Sequence record: NC_061418.1
Strand: one strand, 5' to 3'
DNA length: 64,000 bases
The notes beneath the pieces were generated by a model. It ran no database searches, was not told the DNA's origin, and saw only the letters and a list, made by a program, of their open reading frames with translations. Below, piece by piece: positions 55,488-64,000 of the stretch (positions are counted from its first letter, which is position 1; the number at the start of each line of letters is the position of its first letter). The translations under genes were made by a program, and so were the position numbers.

Positions 55488-56843
55488 TTAGAAAAGTTTA
55501 TACCAGATGTGGCCTTCGCGGTAACCCGATGTACTACCAGGCGGGGTGCTGTAAGAGAACGTACGGTAACCGTCTGTGTAACGTCGAATACTGTACGGCG
55601 TAGCGAAGACGCTCCCGGCATTACCATCATAGTTTTCCTGATCGGTAGCTTCTCGCCAGTTTGGGACACTTCCTAAACCCACTTGCGCTTTAGTAACGCT
55701 GTGGGGGTTAGACTTATTATTCGCGTGCGAGGCAATATTCGGGTCCGGCTGATTCGTGGTGTGTACGCGACCCATCGAGGTGTTGTCAACCTGCGCCAGA
55801 ATTTGCGTGCCATCCCACCCAATACGAATCGTGTTGGTTAACATGTTCGTGCCACCACCACGAATTACCTGCGCGTTATTCGTCACGTTACCTAACCCGA
55901 CTTGGGCGGCAGTGGTGTTATGCGGGTTACTGGTGTTTTGTACGTGGCTCGTTATGGTTGGAGTGACGTTGGTCGCAATGTACTTAGTGATCTGTTGGAT
56001 CCCGCGTAAAGGGGTCATAATCACGTTCAGTGCTGTGCCAGCTTCCGCCTCATCCTGCGTCGCGGGACGATAGTTCTCAACTGCCCCCAGCCCCACTTGT
56101 GCCTTGGTAACTTTATGGGGATTGCTAACATCGTCGATATGCGTGGTCAAATTCGTTTGAACACCATTGATGCTGTTAATCACCCCGTCAATCCGATTAT
56201 CTAAACGCTCAATTTCTGCGTAAAGATCTGTATCGGTCTGGTGCAGGGCATCGAGATTATCGTCGAGGTACGCTTTGATACGGTCGATGTAGTTGTAAAG
56301 AACATCATGCGAAGAAACGTCACCGGTATAGGCCGCCTGAACCAATTCTTCTAAGGCCAACACCACGTACTCAAGACCGTAAAGGTCAGTCGCGGAGTGA
56401 AGGTGTTTAGACGGGTTAAACTCAATCGGTTTACCGAGAATGGCGTCCCACGTCACCGCACGGTTGTCCTGCTGTAGATCAGAGATCAACTGAACAAGGA
56501 CATCGCGGGCAGTGGTGTAGGGACCCCCTACACATTGGTAAGTCAGATAGACTGCGGTCACGTTAGCGTTGAGAATCTGTACGATCGTACAAATAGGTTT
56601 ACCGATTTCCAATTCCGCTTCTTGATACGGATAAAGGATTTTATAATCGGTATTCAGGGTCAACACTGCGCCCGTGGCCTGATCGACCACAACCATGCTC
56701 TTGGTAAAGAATGCGCCAGCGTAAGGCGCAATGGCGCGATAAACTTCGCGCCCTACCGTACGTGCCTCGTTGATAATTTTATTACTCGCTGCGGCGCCTG
56801 TCCGATCAAGCGGGTATTTCAAAGCTGCCGTACTTACTGTCAT
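55488..56843 (-). CDS. Tail fibre/baseplate protein with HxxxxxNPHxxTxAQVGLG repeats
   Basis: Three phage-tail-repeat units, a coiled coil, and a C-terminal PPGSTSGYREGHIWYK. Confidence 0.8.
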   Translation of the reverse strand: MTVSTAALKYPLDRTGAAASNKIINEARTVGREVYRAIAPYAGAFFTKSMVVVDQATGAVLTLNTDYKILYPYQEAELEIGKPICTIVQILNANVTAVYLTYQCVGGPYTTARDVLVQLISDLQQDNRAVTWDAILGKPIEFNPSKHLHSATDLYGLEYVVLALEELVQAAYTGDVSSHDVLYNYIDRIKAYLDDNLDALHQTDTDLYAEIERLDNRIDGVINSINGVQTNLTTHIDDVSNPHKVTKAQVGLGAVENYRPATQDEAEAGTALNVIMTPLRGIQQITKYIATNVTPTITSHVQNTSNPHNTTAAQVGLGNVTNNAQVIRGGGTNMLTNTIRIGWDGTQILAQVDNTSMGRVHTTNQPDPNIASHANNKSNPHSVTKAQVGLGSVPNWREATDQENYDGNAGSVFATPYSIRRYTDGYRTFSYSTPPGSTSGYREGHIWYKLF

Positions 56844-56855
56844 TTTAAACCTCGC

Positions 56856-59087
56856 TTAAAGGGAAGTCGGTGGATTCAGGACCGCAAATTGATTGTTGGG
56901 TAAAGGCATGAAAACTTCTTTGGACCCTAAGTTACAAATAGTACGTCCTACGCGCAGATCGGTGTCCAACGTAGTCATGTCAGCGGTTTCGTCGATCGCC
57001 CAAGCGGAACCGGAATATTTATAACTTTGACGAGAGATCACATCGACAATACTATAAACCAAACCACCGAAGGTAGTAGGCGTAAAGATCAGCGAATCTT
57101 TACCATTGACGATAAACCCACCCATGTTCGCAAAAGCGGATGAACTGAAGGTCACCGAACTCACGTCAACCGTGACGGTCGTAGAGGCTACGGTCACGGA
57201 CATACTGGTCCCGGATTTCGTACAGGTAACCTGAATAGAGGAACCCGTTAACGCCGCGATTGCAACGTCACTTCCTTTGGTCCAAGTACCGGCGATATAC
57301 GTACCGAGATAGACCGCACCGTTTTTAAAGAAGATACCGGCGTAATTGTCATTACCGCTAGTGTCTTGATAGTAACCGAAAATAAACCCAGGTACTGAAG
57401 TACCCGTCGCCACATCGACATACCCTTTCTGGGAGTAAGTAGAAGGCGCCGCAATCAACAATGCCGATACTTTATCCGCGGCCTGTAACGGGGAAGTCAA
57501 CGTACGCAGGGTAGCATCCCACGTTTTGTTAATCCCCGTTGAATGCGTTACCGCCGCATCGAGTAGCCCGCCGGCCGGGAACCCGGCCGTGAGTTTAGCG
57601 ATATAACTCGGCTGGCAGGAATAATCACGAACGATTACGTTGTTCTTAATAGCCGTCACCACACCTGCGGGATCGACGTATTTCTGAGTGACGGTACCGG
57701 CGGCGTTCTCTGCACTTGAGGCAAAGCCGGCATTAACCACGTTTCCTAAGCCTACATCCGCTGCCGTTAAGTTAGTCCCTTGTTCAATCGCTTGGTCGAC
57801 ATAAATTTTCGCAGCATTGGTCCACCAATACGCAATTCCCGCTGGAGTGGTATAGAGGTTGGCGGCAGTCCCTAAAACGGTTTGGTCGTTCGTTGCCGTT
57901 CCGTAGTTCTGAACGTTACCTAACCCGACTTGGGCCGCGGTCACACTGTGCGGATTATTTTTATCCAGTAAGTGCGCGGCCAGCGGTTGGTCAGTTGAGT
58001 TTGTCAACATCAGGTTGGCCAGATACGGGGTCAGTAAAGTCGTTTTACTCACACCCGCTAACGCTTCTTCTTCCGTTGCTGTGGTGTAGTTAGGGACATT
58101 CCCCAAGCCCACTTGTGCTTTAGTGACGCCATGCGGGTTATTGGTGTTCGTGGTGTGGAACTCCATGATACCCGGAACCAGCGCGTTTGCCAGAATCCTG
58201 CCGCCCGACGGGGTCAGGTACAGGTTATCCGCTACCCCTGCCGAAGATTCGAGGGTGTTCGCAACACGGTAGTTTTGTACCAGATCTAACCCAACTTGGG
58301 CTTTATTCACCTTGTGCGGGTTACTGTCGTCGTTCTCGTGTGCTTCCAGTAACGGCAAGTAAATTGCCTGGAATTGCTGAGACGTTCTTAAAGACGTCAT
58401 GTAGTACGTATTATCTGTACCGCCTTCTGCCTGCTCTTTATTCGCCGGAACCAGATTACCCAGATCGTCAATACCCAAATCGGCCAATGTGATTTTGTGT
58501 GGGTTGTTGTGGTCGGCAATGTGTTCTAGCAAAGATTGCATGGCTTTATTAAAGCCGGCAGATTGTGCATCAGAAAGCGAATAGATCGCAGAAATCACTT
58601 CGCTGAAGCCCGTCATGTCATCAACGTCATGACGGTGGGCGATAGTCGGGAATTCCGTTGGGAGATCAACCACGGCACCCCATTGCAAGGAACGCGGGTC
58701 TTGCGCTTTGTTCGCCATGAGCTGGAGAATTTTATTCTCGTCTAAACAGAATTCTCCCCCTAGGGTGTGGTATTCAATTTCGATATTGGCGCTGAGTGAT
58801 TTATCGTTAAAGACAATCGCACCGTAGACCGGTAACTGACTTCCAGAAACCGTAATTTGGTCGAAACGGAAACCAAAGAAATAATCGACGTCAGGGCGTA
58901 AGGTGACGCCGGTGGTCGTATTGCGGCAGACAAAGCCGCGACGGAAGAACGGTGCGTAACGCGGGACAATAAAGTTAAAGTCGGTTCCGTTAGCTGCTGT
59001 TATCGTATGAGCCTCACCTGAGATCTGGTTACTTTCATTCTCTTGGTAAGGATCGAAGTCATATGGGAATACAATTTCGTCGCTCAT
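56856..59087 (-). CDS. Tail fibre/baseplate protein, paralogue of 55488..56843
   Basis: Start moved to MSDEI at 59087 (GAGG RBS). Paralogous N-terminal domain (PY..D..G....N.I..E; YAPFF) and four to five NPH/AQVGLG repeats. Confidence 0.82.
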   Translation of the reverse strand: MSDEIVFPYDFDPYQENESNQISGEAHTITAANGTDFNFIVPRYAPFFRRGFVCRNTTTGVTLRPDVDYFFGFRFDQITVSGSQLPVYGAIVFNDKSLSANIEIEYHTLGGEFCLDENKILQLMANKAQDPRSLQWGAVVDLPTEFPTIAHRHDVDDMTGFSEVISAIYSLSDAQSAGFNKAMQSLLEHIADHNNPHKITLADLGIDDLGNLVPANKEQAEGGTDNTYYMTSLRTSQQFQAIYLPLLEAHENDDSNPHKVNKAQVGLDLVQNYRVANTLESSAGVADNLYLTPSGGRILANALVPGIMEFHTTNTNNPHGVTKAQVGLGNVPNYTTATEEEALAGVSKTTLLTPYLANLMLTNSTDQPLAAHLLDKNNPHSVTAAQVGLGNVQNYGTATNDQTVLGTAANLYTTPAGIAYWWTNAAKIYVDQAIEQGTNLTAADVGLGNVVNAGFASSAENAAGTVTQKYVDPAGVVTAIKNNVIVRDYSCQPSYIAKLTAGFPAGGLLDAAVTHSTGINKTWDATLRTLTSPLQAADKVSALLIAAPSTYSQKGYVDVATGTSVPGFIFGYYQDTSGNDNYAGIFFKNGAVYLGTYIAGTWTKGSDVAIAALTGSSIQVTCTKSGTSMSVTVASTTVTVDVSSVTFSSSAFANMGGFIVNGKDSLIFTPTTFGGLVYSIVDVISRQSYKYSGSAWAIDETADMTTLDTDLRVGRTICNLGSKEVFMPLPNNQFAVLNPPTSL

Positions 59088-59152
59088 GATTATCCTCAAT
59101 GTACCATCGGCCGATGGATCAACATACCAATACTCATCAAAAAGGACCGGAC

Positions 59153-60397
59153 ATGTATCAGCTTATTCAGGCACAAACACGAACGAAAGGTAGTTTTAAT
59201 GATTGGGAAGAAAAGGCACTGGGTGAAGTACGACTGATTACCATCTTCACTTTGTACAGTAATGTTCTGGTTTACCTCTTCGACGCGACTAACGAGAAGA
59301 ACGGATGGCTGGATCTCTATAGCCTCCCGGTGTCGGTGCGCGATTCTGTCGCCACGTTAAATCAATACCTTGAATTAGCATCTGGTCTGACTTTGGTGGA
59401 AGACGACCCTCGTGGTCAACGCGGTGACAGTTACGTTCGCTTTCTGAATGCAATGGCGTACAAGTTCACCTTTAAAGGGACTAACGCTAATTTCAGTACC
59501 GACGAAAACCTGTTACCAGATCAACGTATTGACCTTCTGGTGCAACGGGACGGCATTACCGATTACAGTACTATTGTTGACCAATCTCTTTGGACAGTCA
59601 ACGGACTCTGTTTCCGAGCATGGCCGATTGATGGCGAAGGGATTACACTGAACCACGCTGGTAAGTTTGCGTCCAAGTTTAACGACTTACGTGTAGGGAT
59701 TCTGGATTTTAGTTCAATTGGGAAAGTAGAGACTTACCCTATTTCGGCGAGTATGATTCAGGGCGGTGGGGAAGCGTTACCATTAGCTAAAGGGTTTTAC
59801 TTACGTTCTCCGGTGGCGCTGACCGGGAAAACCGTTGGTCTGGTAGTAGCGGGGAAACTGTATCTTCTCGATAAAGAAGTCTCTGTTACTGGGGAAACCC
59901 GTATCCAAGTCCATATGCAGAATATCAACCTGATCAACCACTTTTTTGAAACGCACCAATATTTGGACTACAGTGACATTCCGCTTTCTAAAGATGAGAA
60001 TGAAACAGAACAGGTGGTTGCAAATCAGTTCATCACTGACGCAGTGATCAAAGCGTTTATGACTTCGGTTTATTCTTTCCTGGTGGTGATCGACAGCGTG
60101 AACCTTGAGAAAGAATACCTCAGTTTGAAACGGACGTTGATTGATGGGACTTATCTCTCGCCGGGCGAGGCTTTACCAGACCTTCCGGCACAAATCGGTA
60201 ACGGGTATCTGGCGGAGTATACCTTGTGGAAGCAAGATGGGTTCTACGCACTGCGTCTCCCGCATTCGTTAGTCAGTCGTTGGTTTTACGAAACCATTCC
60301 AATGAATGAGCGCCAACTGGTTCAGAACCAACGTTACGGTTATAAACCGACGTTCTCTTCTGAAGCACGGCTTCTCTTAATTAAAAAGGTGGCCTGA
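59153..60397 (+). CDS. Probable virion structural protein
   Basis: Start moved to MYQLIQ at 59153 (AAAGGA RBS); divergent from the fibre genes. Confidence 0.65.
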   Translation: MYQLIQAQTRTKGSFNDWEEKALGEVRLITIFTLYSNVLVYLFDATNEKNGWLDLYSLPVSVRDSVATLNQYLELASGLTLVEDDPRGQRGDSYVRFLNAMAYKFTFKGTNANFSTDENLLPDQRIDLLVQRDGITDYSTIVDQSLWTVNGLCFRAWPIDGEGITLNHAGKFASKFNDLRVGILDFSSIGKVETYPISASMIQGGGEALPLAKGFYLRSPVALTGKTVGLVVAGKLYLLDKEVSVTGETRIQVHMQNINLINHFFETHQYLDYSDIPLSKDENETEQVVANQFITDAVIKAFMTSVYSFLVVIDSVNLEKEYLSLKRTLIDGTYLSPGEALPDLPAQIGNGYLAEYTLWKQDGFYALRLPHSLVSRWFYETIPMNERQLVQNQRYGYKPTFSSEARLLLIKKVA

Positions 60398-60399
60398 GT

Positions 60400-60999
60400 A
60401 TGTGGACTTCATTTTTCAACAACAAGTTGGTCAGGTGGCTTCTGGTCATTCTCTCTATTTTGCTCTTTATCTACGGTGTATTTAAAGCCGGGGAATACGC
60501 ACAGAAAAAGATCACTGAAACAATCGCCGACGTCACGAACCAAATGACGCAAACCATCCAAAAGAATTTGCAACAGTCGCTTGATGAGCACATGGGCGTG
60601 TTACAAAACGAATTGGATAATAACTTGTCTTCAATCAATGGTAAATTCGATGAACAACAAAAAGCGATTAAAAATACTCAGTCTAAGCTTGATGGTATTG
60701 GTGATGTGTGGTTGCGCGTCGAAAGAGTACGTACCGACCAAAAACACGTCGGTAACGCTCAAGGTACCGGAAGTCAAACTCCCGGAAGTTCGGGAGGAAG
60801 TGATGGAACCTATTACGCCAAACTTCCAGCTGAGAATGTGCAATTTCTTAAAGGGGAAGCCTTTAGAGCAGATCAATGCGCCGTGCGATTAAACGCCGCG
60901 CAGCAGGTCATCGTTCAGTATAAAGGGGCGTTTGTAAAATACCAGGAACTCGTGGAAGTTTACCTTAACGCCGCCCAACTTGACGGTAAGACAAAATAA
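60400..60999 (+). CDS. Inner-membrane spanin (i-spanin, Rz-like)
   Basis: N-terminal TM (WLLVILSILLFIYGVF), long coiled coil, G/S/T linker, C-terminal EAFRADQCAVRLNAAQ typical of i-spanins. Confidence 0.8.
   Translation: MWTSFFNNKLVRWLLVILSILLFIYGVFKAGEYAQKKITETIADVTNQMTQTIQKNLQQSLDEHMGVLQNELDNNLSSINGKFDEQQKAIKNTQSKLDGIGDVWLRVERVRTDQKHVGNAQGTGSQTPGSSGGSDGTYYAKLPAENVQFLKGEAFRADQCAVRLNAAQQVIVQYKGAFVKYQELVEVYLNAAQLDGKTK
60650..60892 (+). CDS. Outer-membrane lipoprotein spanin (o-spanin, Rz1-like), embedded in +1 frame
   Basis: MNNKKRLKILSLSLMVLVMCG|C: basic N-region, hydrophobic core and lipobox Cys22; Pro-rich mature part with two further Cys; lies entirely inside the i-spanin gene. Confidence 0.75.
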   Translation: MNNKKRLKILSLSLMVLVMCGCASKEYVPTKNTSVTLKVPEVKLPEVREEVMEPITPNFQLRMCNFLKGKPLEQINAPCD

Positions 61000-61002
61000 A
61001 AT

Positions 61003-61031
61003 AAAGGTAGAGGGTCAAACCCTCTACCTTT
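61003..61031. terminator. Bidirectional terminator
   Basis: Stem AAAGGTAGAGGG/CCCTCTACCTTT between convergent genes. Confidence 0.85.
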
Positions 61032-61037
61032 TATAAT

Positions 61038-61634
61038 CTATCGTCTGCTACGTAACGCGGTGATAACGTCTGCTACTACACTGCTGTTGATCTTATCGCC
61101 TACCACTGCCGAAAGGATATCTCGGCGCTCTCGGTTAATGATGCCCATGTAATACCACGTCACCATCATCGTCGGTAAGATAATGATCCCTGCTAACGTC
61201 GCCGAGGGGAGTTCTTTTCTATCGATACACACCACGGCCACTACTGAGGTGAAGATCAAAATAGTGAAGGCCAGTACCATTGCGAACATAGCACCAACCA
61301 AACGCCGTGACCTGACTTCGTATTTATCCGGTTTAGCGATCGCACCAATCACTTCTGGATGAATACCGGGTACCGTCTTATCTGTTTGGTCATTAACTGG
61401 TTCTTCTTTTCCTTGTTCCGGTAAAGGTGCGATTTCCATTTCTAACCATATTGTCTTGTTATCGTCATCGGGATGACTGTCCAGATATTCCCGCAGGTCT
61501 TTCACGGTGGCGGTTTCTGGGTGAATAGCGGGCGCAAAAAGATGCGCGCGATCCGCAAGCGAGATACCATCCTTATCAACGTAATTACCCAGGACGGTAT
61601 CGTCAGGGAGTGAAAGGAGTTCATTTAATGTCAT
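61038..61634 (-). CDS. Two-pass membrane protein (holin candidate)
   Basis: Acidic soluble N-terminal ~110 aa, then two hydrophobic segments (LVGAMFAMVLAFTILIFTSVVAVVCI; LAGIIILPTMMVTWYYMGII). Confidence 0.6.
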   Translation of the reverse strand: MTLNELLSLPDDTVLGNYVDKDGISLADRAHLFAPAIHPETATVKDLREYLDSHPDDDNKTIWLEMEIAPLPEQGKEEPVNDQTDKTVPGIHPEVIGAIAKPDKYEVRSRRLVGAMFAMVLAFTILIFTSVVAVVCIDRKELPSATLAGIIILPTMMVTWYYMGIINRERRDILSAVVGDKINSSVVADVITALRSRR

Positions 61635-62251
61635 TGATAGACCTCATCATAACTTGCCATCAGTTGAAGAAAGACCTCGGACAACGGACGAGTGGCGTCA
61701 ATGAGGGCGACCTTTCCGTTAGCCTCAGGCGCAAGGTCATTCAAAACCGTTAAGTAACGGTCACGGTAGAAATCAAATTGAGTCGCCAATTCTTCTTCGA
61801 TGACATCTTTTTTGCGGCGTCCTAACCGAGCAACGTGGGTGGCGTAATCGATATCCAAGAAAAAGATTGAGTGGTGGTGATCGAAGAGTCCTAATCCTTC
61901 GTGGAGATTGAAAATCCAATCCCATTCTTCTTTCGGACTATAGGCGAAAGTCGAAGGCCATGAGCGGTCAAGAATAACGGTATGTCCACCCTCCAGAGCA
62001 AAGTTAACTTGACTGTCGAAGATCTCTTTACGTGCCGAGACGAACAGCAGAGCACGAGCAGCGGGGGAAGACGGGCGATCAGACGACTGTGTTAATTCGC
62101 GGATTTTTTCTGCAGGGACATTGCCGCCAGGCTCACGAAACACCACGACAGATTCACCACGTTCTTTCAACGCCTGTCGGAGTAATGAGACCGCTTCTGT
62201 TTTCCCTGCGCCATCGAGTCCTTCAATGATCAATAGTTTTGCTCTTGCCAT
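61631..62251 (-). CDS. tmk: Thymidylate kinase
   Basis: IIEGLDGAGKT P-loop, FREPGG, ILDRSWPSTFAY. Confidence 0.93.
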   Translation of the reverse strand: MARAKLLIIEGLDGAGKTEAVSLLRQALKERGESVVVFREPGGNVPAEKIRELTQSSDRPSSPAARALLFVSARKEIFDSQVNFALEGGHTVILDRSWPSTFAYSPKEEWDWIFNLHEGLGLFDHHHSIFFLDIDYATHVARLGRRKKDVIEEELATQFDFYRDRYLTVLNDLAPEANGKVALIDATRPLSEVFLQLMASYDEVYQ

Positions 62252-62261
62252 GTTTACCTTC

Positions 62262-62843
62262 TTAAATTATACCCGTTAATTCCCGTTTCCATTTAAGGAA
62301 CAACCAATACCCGATGGCGATTGAATCGATGCTGTGTTCATCGAGTTCATCGATATCTAATTCGCTATCAACATACAACGTCTTTTCTGCAATCAATTTT
62401 TTCACCGCTTTACGAACGGCTTCTTTGTCCCCGCCTTTACCTGGTGCACCAACCGCCTTTTTTGCCGTGGGTGGATCAACTAAAAATAACGGTAATGTAT
62501 TTTTAAAATCCCAGACTGCCTCGCGCGCCATCACAATCCCTTCTACCAGAGACTGGAAAGCGGAGACAAATTTCAATTTCATGAACGCCGATTCGCAAGA
62601 GACTAAGACAGGGTTAAAATAATGCAAACGTTCGATAAGGAACTCTCTGCACTTTGCATGTCGCGCACCTCGGTCCCCTAAGACCAATTCCGGACTAACG
62701 TCAGTTAAGAAGCGATCAGCGTGGAAAGTCTCAGCGTGACGGAGGTAAACTTTCCCGGTATCGAGATCGTAATCTAAAATCGAAATCCCAAAACAACGAC
62801 TCCCTGGGTCAATACCCATGATTCTAAAAAATTGGTCATTCAT
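62262..62843 (-). CDS. ruvC: RuvC-like Holliday junction resolvase
   Basis: MGIDPG, CES, AKKAVG..GKG.DKEAV, HSIDSIAIG acidic motifs. Confidence 0.88.
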   Translation of the reverse strand: MNDQFFRIMGIDPGSRCFGISILDYDLDTGKVYLRHAETFHADRFLTDVSPELVLGDRGARHAKCREFLIERLHYFNPVLVSCESAFMKLKFVSAFQSLVEGIVMAREAVWDFKNTLPLFLVDPPTAKKAVGAPGKGGDKEAVRKAVKKLIAEKTLYVDSELDIDELDEHSIDSIAIGYWLFLKWKRELTGII

Positions 62844-62890
62844 TGTCGTTCCTTAACACTATTTCAAAATAAATACATGGTCTATAAAAT

Positions 62891-62917
62891 AAGAAAGGGG
62901 ACCGAAGCCCCCTTTCT
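62891..62917 (-). terminator. Intrinsic terminator
   Basis: Stem AAGAAAGGGG/CCCCTTTCTT. Confidence 0.8.
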
Positions 62918-62925
62918 TTTGTCTG

Positions 62926-64000
62926 TTATTCTTCGGTTTCGATATCGTAACGCAGTGAAGCCTGACCGACAACAAACGACACCGTAGACGGCGTCACATT
63001 GACTGTCTCTGTCCAGCCATGAATAGACCGTTTACGCGTGATCGAGGTGACTCTGGCGTTAGTGAACGCGGTGGTCAATTTCGCTTTGTTCGCTTCGGTA
63101 TTCATCGTAGCCCAGTTTGCGGCAATCATGTTCACGATTGCTTTAACCAGACTAGCGTCCGTGATTTCACTGCCTACACGGAACTGCTGAATCGCATTCT
63201 GATAATCCGAGAAATCCAGAGGACGAGTCAAGACCAAGGCCGAGTAACGATTGGTACCGACACCAGTCGGATAATCAAATCCTACCAACGCACCCGTGCG
63301 CAGGCTGCTCAGGTCAATCACCGGCGGGTATTCCAAGCCATTGAGTTCGGAAGTGAAATTATTCAGGGCGATGTCACTTGGGTACTCAAGGCCATTAAGT
63401 TCTGTAACCGTGATTAACGTATTGAGGTCCTGACTTCCTGGGTACTCCAGACCGTTCAGATCAGTTTCAACAATCACCTTATCAAGATCAAAGATCGACG
63501 GGTAGTATAACCCTTCCATCGCCGTCTGACGAATTGACCACGTAATACCCGAGAAACTATTGCCTTTGAAGGCATCCAGATTATCGGTAATAATGCTGCT
63601 GAGAGAAGTTTTCGTATTACGGAGGTAAAACTCGACAGAGCCTGTCCAACTCCAGCTGGTTTCTGCAATCGGCCACGAGATAAAGATTTCTTCATCTCCG
63701 GCATCCGTGTTCAGATCCAACAAGCCGGCGGCAAAATCGCTGTCCTCAAATGGTGGTAGACCATACGTTTCACAGAGCGACGCGAGGATTTTCCGATTAT
63801 TTAATCCTGAGCCTGCCTGAACGTGTAATTCAATCCCTTTGAACAACGTTTGGAAGTTACGTTTAAACAACGAGATATCATCACGGACACCGTAATACTT
63901 GCCCGAGGTGTCTTTAACGATGAACTTCTGACGTGCCTCGAAACTATCGTATTCGCCCCTTTCAATTGATAACGTATCAACTGTGAACGCTGCGCCGTGA
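62926..64000 (-). CDS. Virion structural protein, 3' part (start lies beyond the window)
   Basis: The frame stays open upstream of 63870 to the window edge (HGAAFTVDTLSIERGEYDSF...), so the TTG start in the track is not the real start; contains LNGLEYP repeats. Confidence 0.7.
   Translation of the reverse strand, partial: HGAAFTVDTLSIERGEYDSFEARQKFIVKDTSGKYYGVRDDISLFKRNFQTLFKGIELHVQAGSGLNNRKILASLCETYGLPPFEDSDFAAGLLDLNTDAGDEEIFISWPIAETSWSWTGSVEFYLRNTKTSLSSIITDNLDAFKGNSFSGITWSIRQTAMEGLYYPSIFDLDKVIVETDLNGLEYPGSQDLNTLITVTELNGLEYPSDIALNNFTSELNGLEYPPVIDLSSLRTGALVGFDYPTGVGTNRYSALVLTRPLDFSDYQNAIQQFRVGSEITDASLVKAIVNMIAANWATMNTEANKAKLTTAFTNARVTSITRKRSIHGWTETVNVTPSTVSFVVGQASLRYDIETEE
63268..63519 (-). 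repeat. Five ~18-20-aa coding repeats with a GLxYP-type core
   Basis: MEGLYYP, LNGLEYP x3, LVGFDYP in the translation. Confidence 0.85.

Noticed and set aside
181-62917. Recurrent GA-rich inverted repeats as a MITE/REP or CRISPR-like family
   Set aside because: They sit right after stop codons, differ in sequence and lack regular spacing or target duplications; ordinary intrinsic terminators.
503-63704. Dozens of 60-150-aa ORFs in the track that lie antisense or off-frame to long genes (e.g. 5489..5935, 13779..14222, 30627..31037, 52800..53231)
   Set aside because: No RBS, no recognisable motifs, and fully overlapped by well-supported genes. Only 60650..60892 has independent support (lipoprotein signal in a spanin context).
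1-64000. tRNA, rRNA or structured ncRNA genes
   Set aside because: Intergenic gaps are short and explained by terminators and promoters; no cloverleaf or T-loop signature seen by eye (tRNAscan/Infernal not run).
1-64000. Claiming a nucleus-forming lifestyle or a specific host or species
   Set aside because: chmA and phuZ are not in this window and no search could be run; only family-level affinity is supportable.

Overview
A 64-kb segment of a phiKZ-related (SPN3US/Chimalliviridae-like) jumbo myophage genome, probably infecting an enterobacterium. The assignment rests on split virion RNA polymerase genes, a prohead protease, a 2,197-aa tail protein with a lytic transglycosylase domain, UvsX, RNase H, SbcC, RuvC and Tmk, all in phiKZ-like gene order. 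Homologue numbers (phiKZ/SPN3US gpN) come from motif recognition and remembered synteny, not from a database search. Layout: (1) 0-12.4 kb is an array of five tailspike/depolymerase genes plus the start of a sixth. The five share a ~100-aa N-terminal anchor, each has its own TCGTATG promoter-like motif, one carries two Kuttervirus-like branching (XD) modules, and a small putative adaptor gene follows. (2) 12.4-16.9 kb holds accessory genes, including a DUF488-like gene. (3) 17-36 kb holds the protease, an ART-fold-like gene, vRNAP pieces and tail genes. (4) 36-54 kb holds a degenerate HNH-like gene, hypothetical genes, the vRNAP beta C-terminal piece, a SLOG gene and recombination/replication genes. 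(5) 54-64 kb holds the central spike, repeat-containing fibres, an embedded i-/o-spanin pair, tmk and ruvC. No tRNA, rRNA, CRISPR array, integrase or transposase was recognised. Most short ORFs in the track are antisense or off-frame shadows of real genes.
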